A DNA stretch of 64,000 nucleotides, taken from NCBI RefSeq assembly GCF_004010195.1, contig NC_057719.1, positions 58,386,411-58,450,410 on the forward strand, read 5' to 3'. Positions 51,441 through 62,559 of the stretch are shown here, one piece after another. A program made the translations under genes and the position numbers. The first letter of the stretch is position 1, and every line of letters starts with the position of its first letter. The notes under the pieces were generated by a model. It ran no database searches, had not been told where the DNA came from, and worked only from the letters and a program-made list of their open reading frames with translations. This DNA is from Chiloscyllium plagiosum. Its lineage: Eukaryota.

Positions 51441-53834
51441 TGTAACTGTAGCTCAACTGAACTCTGCTGGTAGAAGCATTTGATTGTGACATTCCATGAT
51501 TTGCTGGATGGGATCATTCTCTTCTTGAGCAATGTTGAATCTCATTAACAGAGTTTCTTTCCATTGTGAAACAGCCATTCCCATCCTCTTTCTTGCTGGA
51601 GATTGTTTGCTTAGAAAATTGTTTGAAGGTTTTTGCCTTGTGCTCCAGAATGTTTGACACAGTGGTGGAATTTCCCATTCTGTTCTCTTTTCATTTTCAC
51701 CACCATTTTCCACTTGTATCAATTTCATTTTTCACTGTTCCACAGATTTAGACAAATTTGCAGGATTTGAACATCCTTTCACAACGAGGTCCCAATCTTG
51801 ACTGATGGCTTGCTCATGATTTCATGCTTTAGCATGGCCCAACTTTACTCTGGTTGGTGTGCTCAGTGACAACCATGCATAAATTCAGCTCATCTGGAGT
51901 TATCAGTTTGGAAATATGTCTTTTCACTGCCATCCTACTGTTAAATTTCTCATCCTGTGGGAGTATGGCTGATACTTTTCCACAAGTGGAATTTTCAGTT
52001 ATCCAAATTTGACTCATTGCAATGTCAATGTACAAATGTAACTCTTCAAAATTTAGTGTATCTTGTCATTTGTAAACCTATCCCTATGGATGAAATACTT
52101 TACAATTGTGCCTTCGTGTGTTATATTTGTAATTTAAAAGCTTGCCTGGAATAAGTAATGGCATTAAATAATTCCAGATAGTTTCCACACTATTGAAAGT
52201 TGAAGTATGTTATTGAATGTCCATCTTGAAGGAGTTTGATTGTAAAACATTCTTGTATTAAAGCAGTGCACCAAGACCGGGAGTGGAACTTGAAATCATA
52301 ATGTCATAACTTCAAGTCAAATGTGCTATCCTCTGAGTCAAACTGACTGTATAAAAATATTTAGATCTTTATTAGTTGTCATTAAGTGCAAAATTAGGTT
52401 ACCATTAAGTGCAAAATAGTAAGGAAGTGGAACACTTTGTGGGGTTTGCAGTAGATATAGACTTTCTTTCAGTGTTGGTGGTCACTCCTCTAAGTGGATC
52501 TCCCATCACCTTTGCTCCAATGCACATTTTTTCTGCTAATTAATTAACCAATACATGACTAGAGAATTGTTATCAATAGTTCCTTCTCCAAAGATTAGCT
52601 ACTGAATTCTAGCACTCAGCATTCTTTGGGATTCTTGAAAACCAAAGTCACAGACAGTCCCTATTTCTTGATTGATATGAAACAAAATAGCAATTCATCA
52701 ACATGGAACAGTGGCAATCGCTGCTAATGCCCTAATGCATGCAGCTCTTAAAAATGCAGATGTATCATAGGTTAGCTCTTGAATATAGTGGAGTTTGTAG
52801 TTTTTCATACATTTGAGACTGTCAGCTTGATTATTTCACTGCTCCCTTGGCTTCTCTGTCTCTGTTCTTTCTATAGCAACTACTGCTCCTATGTGTGTTC
52901 TGTCTCTTTCTTTCCTTACCCCTTCACCATCACAAATTACTGTGTGATTCTTTGGTCTATTTCCACACTCCCTCAAACAACCATTTGTTAACCTACATAA
53001 ATATAAGATTTAGGGTGTGGAAATCCTTCCTTTTTTAAGTCTTTCCCTCAAACCAACAATTTCGGTAAGACTTCTTAATTGTCATCTTTATCTTTGTGCC
53101 CTTTCATTTAATTACATCGCTGTGAGTTATATTTCTATGTTATATAAATGAAAATTATTGTGAGTTGGTGCACTTCATTCTGGCTTTATATAGATAGCTT
53201 TACACTTTCATTCAAACATTTAAAGTATGGGTTACAATAAATATCTCTTTTGTGGCCTGAGCTAACTATTTATGACTTTCACAACTTACTACTTCAATCT
53301 CTGAGTTAAATGCCCAATGAGATTATACTCGTGTTAACTGAAAGTAATATCAATTTATCCTCCAGTAATAAAACAAATAAGTAAGTAATGCTGTCCATTA
53401 TCCTATGTTAGTGGAGCATCTGACTTAACTAATTTTAGTCACCCCAGTGTCACAGCAGAGAGTAAACACATGCAGTGCTTTCTGCTTGGGAAGAAATAAT
53501 CCTATGGTCCCAGTGCTTTTTATTTAATACTTGAGTACATAATTTAAACAGAATTTTAAAAATATTTCTTACATTCATAAGAATGAAATTAATAAAGGAT
53601 GAAGACGAGGGCTGGGCCACGTCGGAGTCCATGGTGTGGTTTGCCTTGATGCGCAGAGCAGTTGAGACAATATAAGAAGATGAGTGATTGATTTCAGTAC
53701 TGGTAGACTTGTTGGATTGATGGATTGGACAGTAAAGCAGTAGTCATAACTAAAAATAAGTATAAGGTTATCTTTGCTGTTTAGAATGATGGTGACGCTT
53801 GTTTGTTAGAAAAAGTGAGACCCAATTGTGCTCG

Positions 53835-54830
53835 TGTTATAATCCCTGCTGATGCTAATACTAGACAAATCAGAACCCAGAGTGAAACAAGGCTAATAGA
53901 CTAACTGGTTTTATTTTTCTTTTGGTTTATTGTGAAGATAAGTTACTGAACATATTCAGTATGTTCTTGCCAATGTACTTTCAAGAACAAAGAATGTAAA
54001 AGCTTACTACACAAAATTAAAGCACAAACTGTTGCATTATATTCAAACAATTTGAAATAGTCTCATTGTAAATATCAGGAAGAAATATTTAGCCCTTTTA
54101 CCCTGCAACATTTTTACAGACACCTTAAGTTCACTCAAGAGCCACCCTGCCTCTTTGCTGACATTCCTATTTCAGTTGGCATAGCTCTGCTCACTTTTTT
54201 GGCAAACTTCTGCATTCCTGTGCCATTTTCTTCTGTTCATATCTCTCTGAGAAATCCTTAACTAAATTGCTAACTCAGATTGCCTACTGTTAGCATGGAT
54301 TCCTTAAACTCTCATCTTCCACAACCTTCTACTTATGGAATTTTCTTCTCAGAAGCTCAGGGCTTCTTCCCAAGTTTGATTGTGGAGACTGTGAAACTGA
54401 TAGCAGCTCTGTAGTTAGACATTTTCTCTGATTGAAGCTGCACACTGACAAACATTTTCTGAATGGTTCTGTATTTTTGTGTTACTGGACTCCTATCACT
54501 GGGAATAAAAGCTTTTTTCTCTCTCATCCCTTTATTTCTAATGCAGTGAACCTTTCACTTCAAAGGTTTTAAAGACCTTACTAACAAGCATATAAACAGA
54601 ACCATTCTCTTGACACCTGCTACCAATCTCCAAAGGAATGTAAAATGAAACTGAAAACCATGTTCTCTCCCCCCTTGTTATTGCACACAAATCAAACTTA
54701 AAGCTCAGCATTATTCCTCTGCTTTTAGAAAGCAAGTTCTCAAACAGGAGTAATACCTTCAGTAATCAACCATCACATATGCCCAGATTTTTAAAAATGT
54801 ACCTTTGAGGCATTTTCATTTTCTACGACA
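53835..54830. mobile_element. Putative LTR-like repeat
   Basis: TG...CA bounded ~1 kb non-coding block; no TSD found. Confidence 0.25.
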
Positions 54831-55384
54831 ATATCTTATCACTGTATCAGTTTTATCCATTCAGTTTTCACTTTGATAGTTACATTTATTCACATTACTA
54901 TGCAAAGTTCTTGTCAATTTAATCATATTCATCTTGATCACTATGCCCGTTCGCCTTTATATTTGCTCTTTCAACTTGAGTGCTGTAATGGGACAAACTT
55001 ATAAATAAATCAACTAATGTTGATATACTGCCAAATTTCTTATTTTGCCTTAGACATGGTAAACTCTAAAATCATAGAATCCCAACAGTACAGAAAGAGG
55101 CTGTTCGGGCCATCTCTGAAGAGCAAGCTATCCAATCTGATTTCTGAAAAGTTGACATCAGAATTTTCAATTTCTGATTCACTCAAAGTCTTCTGATATT
55201 TTTATTTCCATCCCTATTGATTTCATCGCAGTTAATATACATCTCCTCACTCTTCTCCCTGTGTAATGTTGATTTAGCTTATTTACATGACACTGTAGTG
55301 ATTGCAACCAGGTGGGTGTTATTAACCGAGATCCTTGATTGGCCGAAGTTAAAAAAACCCAATCAAGGAGCCCTGTCTGATAGA

Positions 55385-56589
55385 TATAACCAGGAGACAG
55401 AGTGGAGTGCATTATTTAACCCTCCAATTCTATTTTGATTTAGTCCCTACCCTCCCCTTCACTGTTTTGATCACACAGCACTGTCCCTTGCTGTGAAGGG
55501 CAGTGTTTGTCACTGGCCACCCGGGTGTTTTCCTATCTTCCTGGTGGTGGAAATTGAATAAAGATTGGTGCACTTTGTGTCTTTCACTGTGTCTCACACC
55601 TGCACACACACACCATGGGTGCTGGGGATAAAATAAGCACTACCGCATTTAGGTGGGAGTGTGGGGATTAAATTTAAAAAAAAATATATAAACAGGAGTG
55701 GGAATTGGAAAAAAAAAGAAAAAAAAATAAAACCAGGAGAATTGGTGCACTTTGTGTAAAAAAAAAAGAAAAAAAAAGAAAAAAAAATATATAACCAGGA
55801 GACAGAGTGGAGTGCATTATTTAACCCTCCAATTCTATTTTGATTTAATCCCTGCCCTCCCCTTCACTGTTTGATCACACAGCATTGCCCTTTGATGTGA
55901 AGGGCACTGCTTGTCACTGGCCACTCGGGTGTTTTCCTTTCTTCCTGGTGGTGGATACTGAATAAAGATTTGTACACCTTGTGATTCTCACTGTGTCTCT
56001 CACCTGCGCACACACACAACATGGGTACTGGAAGAAAAAAAAAGAAAAAATATATAACCAGGAGACAGAGTGGAGTGCATTATTTCCCCCTCCAACTCTA
56101 TTTTGATTTAATCCCTGCCCTCCCCTTCACTGTTTGATCACACAGCATTGCCCTTTGATGTGAAGGGCACTGCTTGTCACTGGCCACTCGGGTGTTTCCT
56201 TCCTTCCTGGTGGTGGAAATTGAATAAAGATTCATACACCTTGTGTCTCTCACTGTGTCTCACTCCTGCACCATGGGTTCTGGGGAAAAAATAAGCACTA
56301 CCACAGTTAGGTGGTAGTGTGGGGGTTAAAAGGAAAAAAAAACAAAAAAAAATAAACAGGACTGTCAGACATCTTGGGGAAAAAAAAGAAAACAAAAAAA
56401 AACCCAGGAGACAGAATAGAGTGCATTATTTCCCCCTCCAACTCTATTTTGATTTAATCCCTGCCTTCCCCTTCACTGTTTGATCACACAGCATTGCCCT
56501 TTGATGTGAAGGTGGTGGAAATTTGAATAAAGATTCGTGCACCTTGTGTCTTTCACTGTGTCTCACAAGAAGTAAAAAACAGGAGACAG
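55385..56589 (+). repeat. Head-to-tail array of poly(A)-tailed retroposed units of an unidentified element
   Basis: Four long copies (about 55388-55684, 55788-56050, 56051-56352, 56403-56579) plus three short A-tailed inserts. Every unit starts at (T)A(A/C)CAGGA and ends in an A-rich tail; long units contain AATAAA. Confidence 0.9.
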
Positions 56590-58086
56590 CTCCTTCGCTA
56601 TATTGACCAAGCGGCATCATGGTGCACATGAATGTTCTTGCTGATGCTCTTACCAGCATCAACAATGCAGAGAAATGTGGAAAACACCAGGTTCTTGTCC
56701 AGCTATGCTCCGAAGTGATTGTGAGATTCCTGACTCTAATGATGAAGCATGGCTACATTAGAGCATTTGAGATTGTTCATGACCACAGAGGTGGGAAAAG
56801 AGTTGTTAATCTCACCGACAGACTGAACACGTGTGGTGTCATTAGCCCCAGATTCAATGTTCAAGTAAAAGAACTCGAAAGGTGGCAAAATGGTCTCCTG
56901 CCTTCCCGTCAGTTTGGGTTCACCATTCTAACAATCTCAGCAGGGATCATGGACCCCTCAGCCCTTCTGTCGCTCCAGCGAAAACAGCCCCAGCATGTTC
57001 AGCCTCTCCCTGTAGCACAAATCCTCCAACCCTGGCAACATCCTTGTAAATCTTTTCTGAACCCTTTCAAGTTTCACAACATCACAACAAGGAGACCAGA
57101 TTTGCATGCAATATTCCAACAGTGGCCTAACCAATGTCCTGTACAGCCGCAACATGACGTCCCAACCCCTGTACTCAATACTCTGACCGATAAAAGAAAG
57201 CATACCAAAAGCCTTCACTATCTTATCTACCTGTGACTCCACTTTCAAGGAGCTATGAACCTGCACTCTGAGGTCTCTTTGTTCAGCAATACTATTAATT
57301 GTATAAGTCCTGCTAAGATTTGCTTTCCCAAAATGCAGCACCTCGCATTTATCTGAATTAAACTCCATCTGCCACTTCTCAGCCCATTGGCCCATCTGAC
57401 CAAGATCCCGTTGTAATCTGACGTAACCTTCTTCACTGTCCACTGCAATTTGGTGTCATCTGCAAACTTACTAACTGTACCTCTTATGCTCGCATCCAAA
57501 TCATTTATGTAAATGACAAAAAGTAGAAGACCCAGCACCAATCCCTGTGGCACTCCACTGATCACAGGCCTCCAGTCTGAAAAACCACCCTCTGTCTTCT
57601 ACCTTTGAGCCAGTTCTGTATCCAAATGGCTAGTTCTCCCTGTATTCCTTGAGAGCTAACCTTGCTAACCAGTCTCACATAACCTTGCCGAATATCTTAC
57701 TGAAGTCCATGTAGATGACATCTACCGCTCTGCCCTCATCAATCCTCTTTGTTACTACTTCAAAAAGCTCAATCAAGTTTGTAAGACAAAATTTCCCACA
57801 CACAAAGCCATGTTGACTATCCCTAATCAGTCATTGCCTTTCCAAATACATGTACACCCTGTCCCTCAGGATTCCCTCCAACAACTTGTCCACCACCGAG
57901 GTCAGACTCACTGGTCTATAGTTCCCTGGATTGTCCTTACCACCCTTCTTAAACAGTGGCACCACATTAGCTAACCTCCAGTCTTCTGGCACCTCACCTG
58001 TGACTATCGATGATACAAATATCTCAGCAAGATGTTAATTGTTTGTAAACTTTACTGTTTAATAAAATTTAAGAAAACAAAAAAAA
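56590..58086 (+). pseudogene. RPS15A: RPS15A processed pseudogene (5' UTR + codons 1-112 at 56590-56954; probable 3' UTR + poly(A) at 58033-58086), disrupted by CR1
   Basis: Intronless [26 protein letters not shown]...CGVISPRF...[21 protein letters not shown] at 56619. Pyrimidine (TOP-like) start ctccttcgc, AATAAA at 58061 and an A tail. CpG-decay-type substitutions at conserved Arg residues. Confidence 0.95.
56955..58032 (-). mobile_element. CR1 RT fragment inserted in the RPS15A retrocopy
   Basis: [22 protein letters not shown]...[27 protein letters not shown]. Confidence 0.93.
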
Positions 58087-58185
58087 TTAAACAGGCCATT
58101 CAGAATCTTCTCACTTGACTCCATGCTGGCTGGCCACAGCTTGTGTACTTGTACATGTAAATTCTGATTCAATCAGTTTTATTCA

Positions 58186-61100
58186 GCTGTTTGAGATCCT
58201 GGGGAATCCATATCGGGATTTTTGACGAGGTTAAGATGACCAGCAGAGGGATGTGATTTTGGGTTAATCCTTAATGAGATACTGAGATATGGTTTGGTAT
58301 GTGGGATTCATGATGTAACCATGCAGAAGTGCCTTCTAGCTGAAGCCCAACTGGACTTCCCACATGCACTACAACTAGCTGAATTATGAGAAAATGCACC
58401 AAGCAGAGCATGGGAGCTACAGGGCATTCCAGTGGAAGTGGACACCCTCTCTTGTCCAACTGAGCTTGGAGAACACCACGTGAGTGTATGCAATTGCAGA
58501 ACCTCACACAGGGCATGTACTGAGCAGAAGAATCCTTGGCCATCCCACAGGAGAACACCAGAACAAAGCCGAGCCTCAGCTAAATAGCTGAAACATTCTT
58601 CAGGATCTGGGCCAGCAAGCCATTTAGTTGCTGCCAGTATGCAGATTTGAGTCAGCAAAGGAGTCCTACAAGGTCTGAACCGAGTAATAAAACTCATAGG
58701 CCAGTATCCAGAGAGTGCACACCCTGAAAAGTCCATCTACGTGTGATTTGGAACAGTTAAATTGCTTAGCAACATCCAAATCAGAACTAATTAATGTGTG
58801 GTTAAGTAGTCACCCAGTTCTCATGGAGGTAGATAACAGCATAGCTGTAGCTGTGGTTACAGAACCTGTCTTGGAGTTCTGGACTCCAACCCTTAAATTT
58901 GCACCTCAGCTTGACTGAGAATATGCACTGGGGAACCATTACAGGTTAAGGGCACAACGTCGTTTCTGGTCTCCTATGAGAAGCAGTTGGTGCAATTACC
59001 ACTGATTGCTAAGATGCTTGGGTGCAAGCCTATTGGGGCAGAATTGGTTGAGAAAGACTCATCTTGATTGGCTCCACATTTAGAAAATGGCTGCTTTAGT
59101 GAAGTCCTAATTAAATACCTAGTTTTTCAGGGAGGGCTAAGATCTAACAAAGAGGCTAATAAAGCTACATTACATGATGATCAGGAAGCAATTTGTGGTT
59201 TTGCAAGGCCTACCCAGTGCCATTTGCCTTGTGGGTAGAAGTAGAGGCAGAAATCAAGAGGCTGGAAAACAAAGGAATCATCAAACCAGTGCAGTTTGCA
59301 GAATGGGCAACATTGGTCATACTGATTGTGAAGCCTGTGGGGATTTTAATCAAACAGTAAACCGCTTCTCACTGCTGGATAAGTACCTAATCCCTTGTAT
59401 AGAGGACTTGTACGCAAAATTGGAGGGGTTCCTGTCCTTTACAAAGGTGGACATGAGCCATACCTTCCTGCAATTGTGGCTGGATGAGGAGTGCCAGATG
59501 TATGCCACAATTAATACCTGTAAGGGTGTGTACCAATATACAAGACTGCCATTCAGGAATCATCAGCCTGCACCCTTTTACAGTGGATGATGGAGAACAT
59601 TTTATAATGGCCACCCCACGTTGCCACTTATCTGAATGATACGCTAATAATAAAGAAGACTGAAAAGAATGAGCACTTGGAGAACTTGGACATGGTGCTT
59701 AAAAGTTTCTTCCAAGCAGGCATAGGCCTTAGAAGGGAAAATTCTGTATTCCAGGTGCCTTAGAAGGGAAATATGTTGTTCCAGGTGCCCTAGTGACCTA
59801 CTTGGGCTCCAAAGTTAATAAGACCCAGTTGTACCTGTTGGAAGATAAAATGAGGGCAATCAAAGGAGCCCTGGCTCCCATGTCTGTACCAGAGCTTAGG
59901 TCTTTCCTTGGGTTAGTGAGTTATTATGGGAAATTCATATATGGCTGCATTTCTATCTTGGCACCCTTACGCCTGCTGTTGAAAAAGGATCAGCCTTGGA
60001 AATAGTTGCATAGCCAAGAAGTAGCCTTCATGTCAGTGAAAAAGCAGCTGTCGTCATCTAAGGTGTTGACCCACCACGATCCGAAGCTAGAGATGGTACT
60101 GACATACAATGCCTCCCTGTACATTATCGGGGTAGTTTTGTTTCACCAGTGGCCCAATGGAGAGAAACTCCCAGTGGTCTATGCTTCCCAGAGTTTGGCT
60201 GATGCCGCATGCAAATATGCCCAAAAAGAGAAGGAAGGTTTGGCTGTCATTTTTGGTGTGAGGAAGTTCCACCAATATCTTTATGGACATAAATTTGTCA
60301 TAGTAATGGACCACAAATTCCTGCTAGGGCTAGTCAAAGACAAGATGGTGCTCGTCAAATTCAGCAATGGAGCCTTATTCTCAGTGGTGTACGAGTACAG
60401 GCCGGACCACCATCTAAGAAGCCAACTGACTCATGTGAATGCCTTGAGCTGCCTCTCACTGGCAGATACTCCACCAATGGTGCCTGGAAGAGTCTGTTCT
60501 GGTTTTCAACTTAATGGACACCCTTCCAGTCACTGCTGACAATATCCGACTATAGACACAAGATTCCTATGCTGGCAAAACTAAAATAGATCACAGTAAT
60601 GGGGGAAACAGAAGGGTCATCACAACTAGGATTGAAACCTTTCTGGACCTAGCAAGACCAGATCACCACAGATGATGGCATATTGCTATGGCGAGCAAGA
60701 GTGCTTATCCTGAGTAAAGGTTGCTGCCAGGTACTAGCACGGTAGCTCATTAATTAGTTGCTGCCTCACAGTGCCAGGAACCCGGGTTCGATTCCAGCCT
60801 CGGGCGACTGTCTGTGTGGAGATTGCACATTCTCCCCATGTCTGCGTGTGTTTCCTATGGGTGCTCCGGTTTCTTCCCACAGTCCAAAGGTATGCAGGTT
60901 TGGTGAATTGGCCACGCTAAATTGCCCATCATATTCAAGGATGTGTAGGCTAGGTGTATTAATCAGGGGAAAAGTAGAGTAATAGGGGTAGGCGAATGGA
61001 TCTAGGTGGGATCCTCTCTGGATGGTCGGTGTGGACTTGTTGGGCCAAATTGCCGTTTAGACACTGTAGGGATTCTATGATTCATCAGGGTCATCCAGGG

Positions 61101-62241
61101 CTTTCCAAAATGAAGATGTTTTGAGAAGCTATATCTGATGGCCAGAATTGGATGCTAACATACCTGCATTGGTGGGGCAGTGCCCGGACTGCCAACCAGG
61201 ACAAAACTTGCTACTGGTGGCACCCTGGAGGGAATAGCCTTGTAAACTCTGGACTCAGTTACATGTCAACTGTACCAGCCCTTTCATGTTCTTGATCACT
61301 GTGGATGCCCATTCAAAGTGACTGGTCATGCATAGAGTTCATTTGTCAAATTCAGGGATGACGATTGAAAAGCTGTGAATGTCGCTTGCGATACACGGAC
61401 TCCTGGAAGTGTTGGTCACAGACAATGGAACATCATTTACCAGCAGGGAATTCATGTACTTCCGAAAGTAGATTGGTAGTTGGCATATTCAAACAGCTCC
61501 ATACTATCCATCATCCAATGGTCTGGTGGAAAGAATGGTCCAAATGTTGAAAGCAGGCTTAAAGAAGCAGCTTACAGCTTCACTCAGTAACAAACTGTAC
61601 CAGTTCCTATTTGATTATAGGATCACTCCACACTCAACAACAGGTAGCTCCAGCAGAATTGCTGATGGGGAAAAGACTTCACACCACGTTAAATCTGGTA
61701 TTCTTGGACCTGGGGAGGGAGGGTGAAATGGAAGCAGGAATGCCAATGCTGGCCACATCCTTCTTCTAAATGATAGAGAGTTTACCTCAAAGGATGAAGT
61801 TTTGTGCCAGGGAAGTGGCCTGCGTAGGTATGACACGAGGTCAACATGAGGTCAGTTTCCATGACACACAAAGTTTGGGTAGATGAGGCCATCCTGAACA
61901 AACATGGGGATTACTTGAAAGCTGATACCTTGCAAATGGGGCAGGAACAAAACATACCTAGCCCCTCAGAATAGCCAGTCAGAAACCGTGGGTTCTCTCC
62001 CTCCATCTAGTGTCAAGGAAACCTCCAATTCTGAGATGGAAGCCGCCTCCATACCGTTACTGCTGGAAGAAGAGGAGGAAACTCACCCAAGATGCTTCAG
62101 ACATGAGAAGAGGGAGATGGTCTGATACATATGACTCGTGACAGAGTCTGAGTCAGAGGAACTGGACTTGGGCCGAAAACGTTGCAGACGAAGCTACCTG
62201 AGAAAGACCAGGCCTACATCCCCAGACTTGGGGCAGAGGGA
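58186..62241 (+). mobile_element. Ty3/Gypsy internal region, decayed (partial gag, protease, RT, RNase H, integrase)
   Basis: Protease-like MEVDNSIAVAV; RT IPCIEDLYAKL..FTKVDMSHTFLQL..TINTCKGVYQYTRLPF; RNase H YAQKEKEGLAVIFGVRKFHQYLYG; integrase VTDNGTSFTSREF and APYYPSSNGLVERMVQMLK. Domain order is RT-RH-IN, with PPT ggggcagaggga before the LTR. Confidence 0.92.
60736..61084 (+). mobile_element. HE1-type SINE inserted in Gypsy pol
   Basis: tRNA head (cccgggttcgattcc), V-SINE core and CR1-like tail ending gggattctatgattc. Confidence 0.88.
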
Positions 62242-62433
62242 TGTAGTGATTGGAACCAGGCAGATTTTATTGGCTATGAGATACTTAATCAAGATCTATA
62301 CTGAGATGACATATACAGGGATGTCAGAGCCTCCTCAGTTGTGTTTGAGCTGGCTGGCCAGCTCCAGTATATTGCACACGTGTAAATAAAGTATGACTTG
62401 GTGATGGCATACCAGCCTCTGTGCCTTTATTCA
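62242..62433 (+). mobile_element. Gypsy 3' LTR (192 bp)
   Basis: Follows the PPT, has TG...CA ends and an internal AATAAA. Confidence 0.8.
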
Positions 62434-62559
62434 AGCACTGCCTGATTTTCTTTCTCTTGTCTGGAGTACTTACTTATAATTCACATGATTTAATGGCATT
62501 TTGGATTAATGTGATAGACTTTTCCTTCAATCGTTATCAGAAATGTATAACAATGCTAA

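Larger units (their letters stand above)
55294..58185 (+). mobile_element. Gypsy 5' LTR split at its TATA-like box (halves 55294-~55393 and ~58087-58185)
   Basis: Left half tgtagtgattgcaaccagg...gagatcctt matches the start of the 3' LTR at 62242. Right half acagg...tcaga..ct.ctca.ttg...gctggctggcca...tgtaaat...tttattca matches its remainder. Confidence 0.7.

Noticed and set aside
52380..52417. Short local duplications (cattaagtgcaaaat twice; also ~31 bp at 59727-59790)
   Set aside because: Ordinary slippage-type duplications with no further structure.
53588..53680. GC-richer island (DEDEGWATSESMVW...) as a coding exon
   Set aside because: No good acceptor tract, no recognisable homology, and the frames close quickly.
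55385..56589. Array as a CRISPR locus or a snRNA/snoRNA cluster
   Set aside because: The context is eukaryotic, there are no unique spacers or cas genes, the units have AATAAA and poly(A) tails, and no C/D, H/ACA or Sm motifs could be supported.
56619..57236. 205-aa ORF as a functional RPS15A gene or new fusion gene
   Set aside because: It is intronless, has many substitutions at conserved residues, and its C-terminal half is antisense CR1.
55289..62438. TSD for the whole Gypsy element (gacac / agcac)
   Set aside because: Only 3 of 5 bases match and the two LTRs are quite diverged, so pairing them as one insertion is plausible but unproven.
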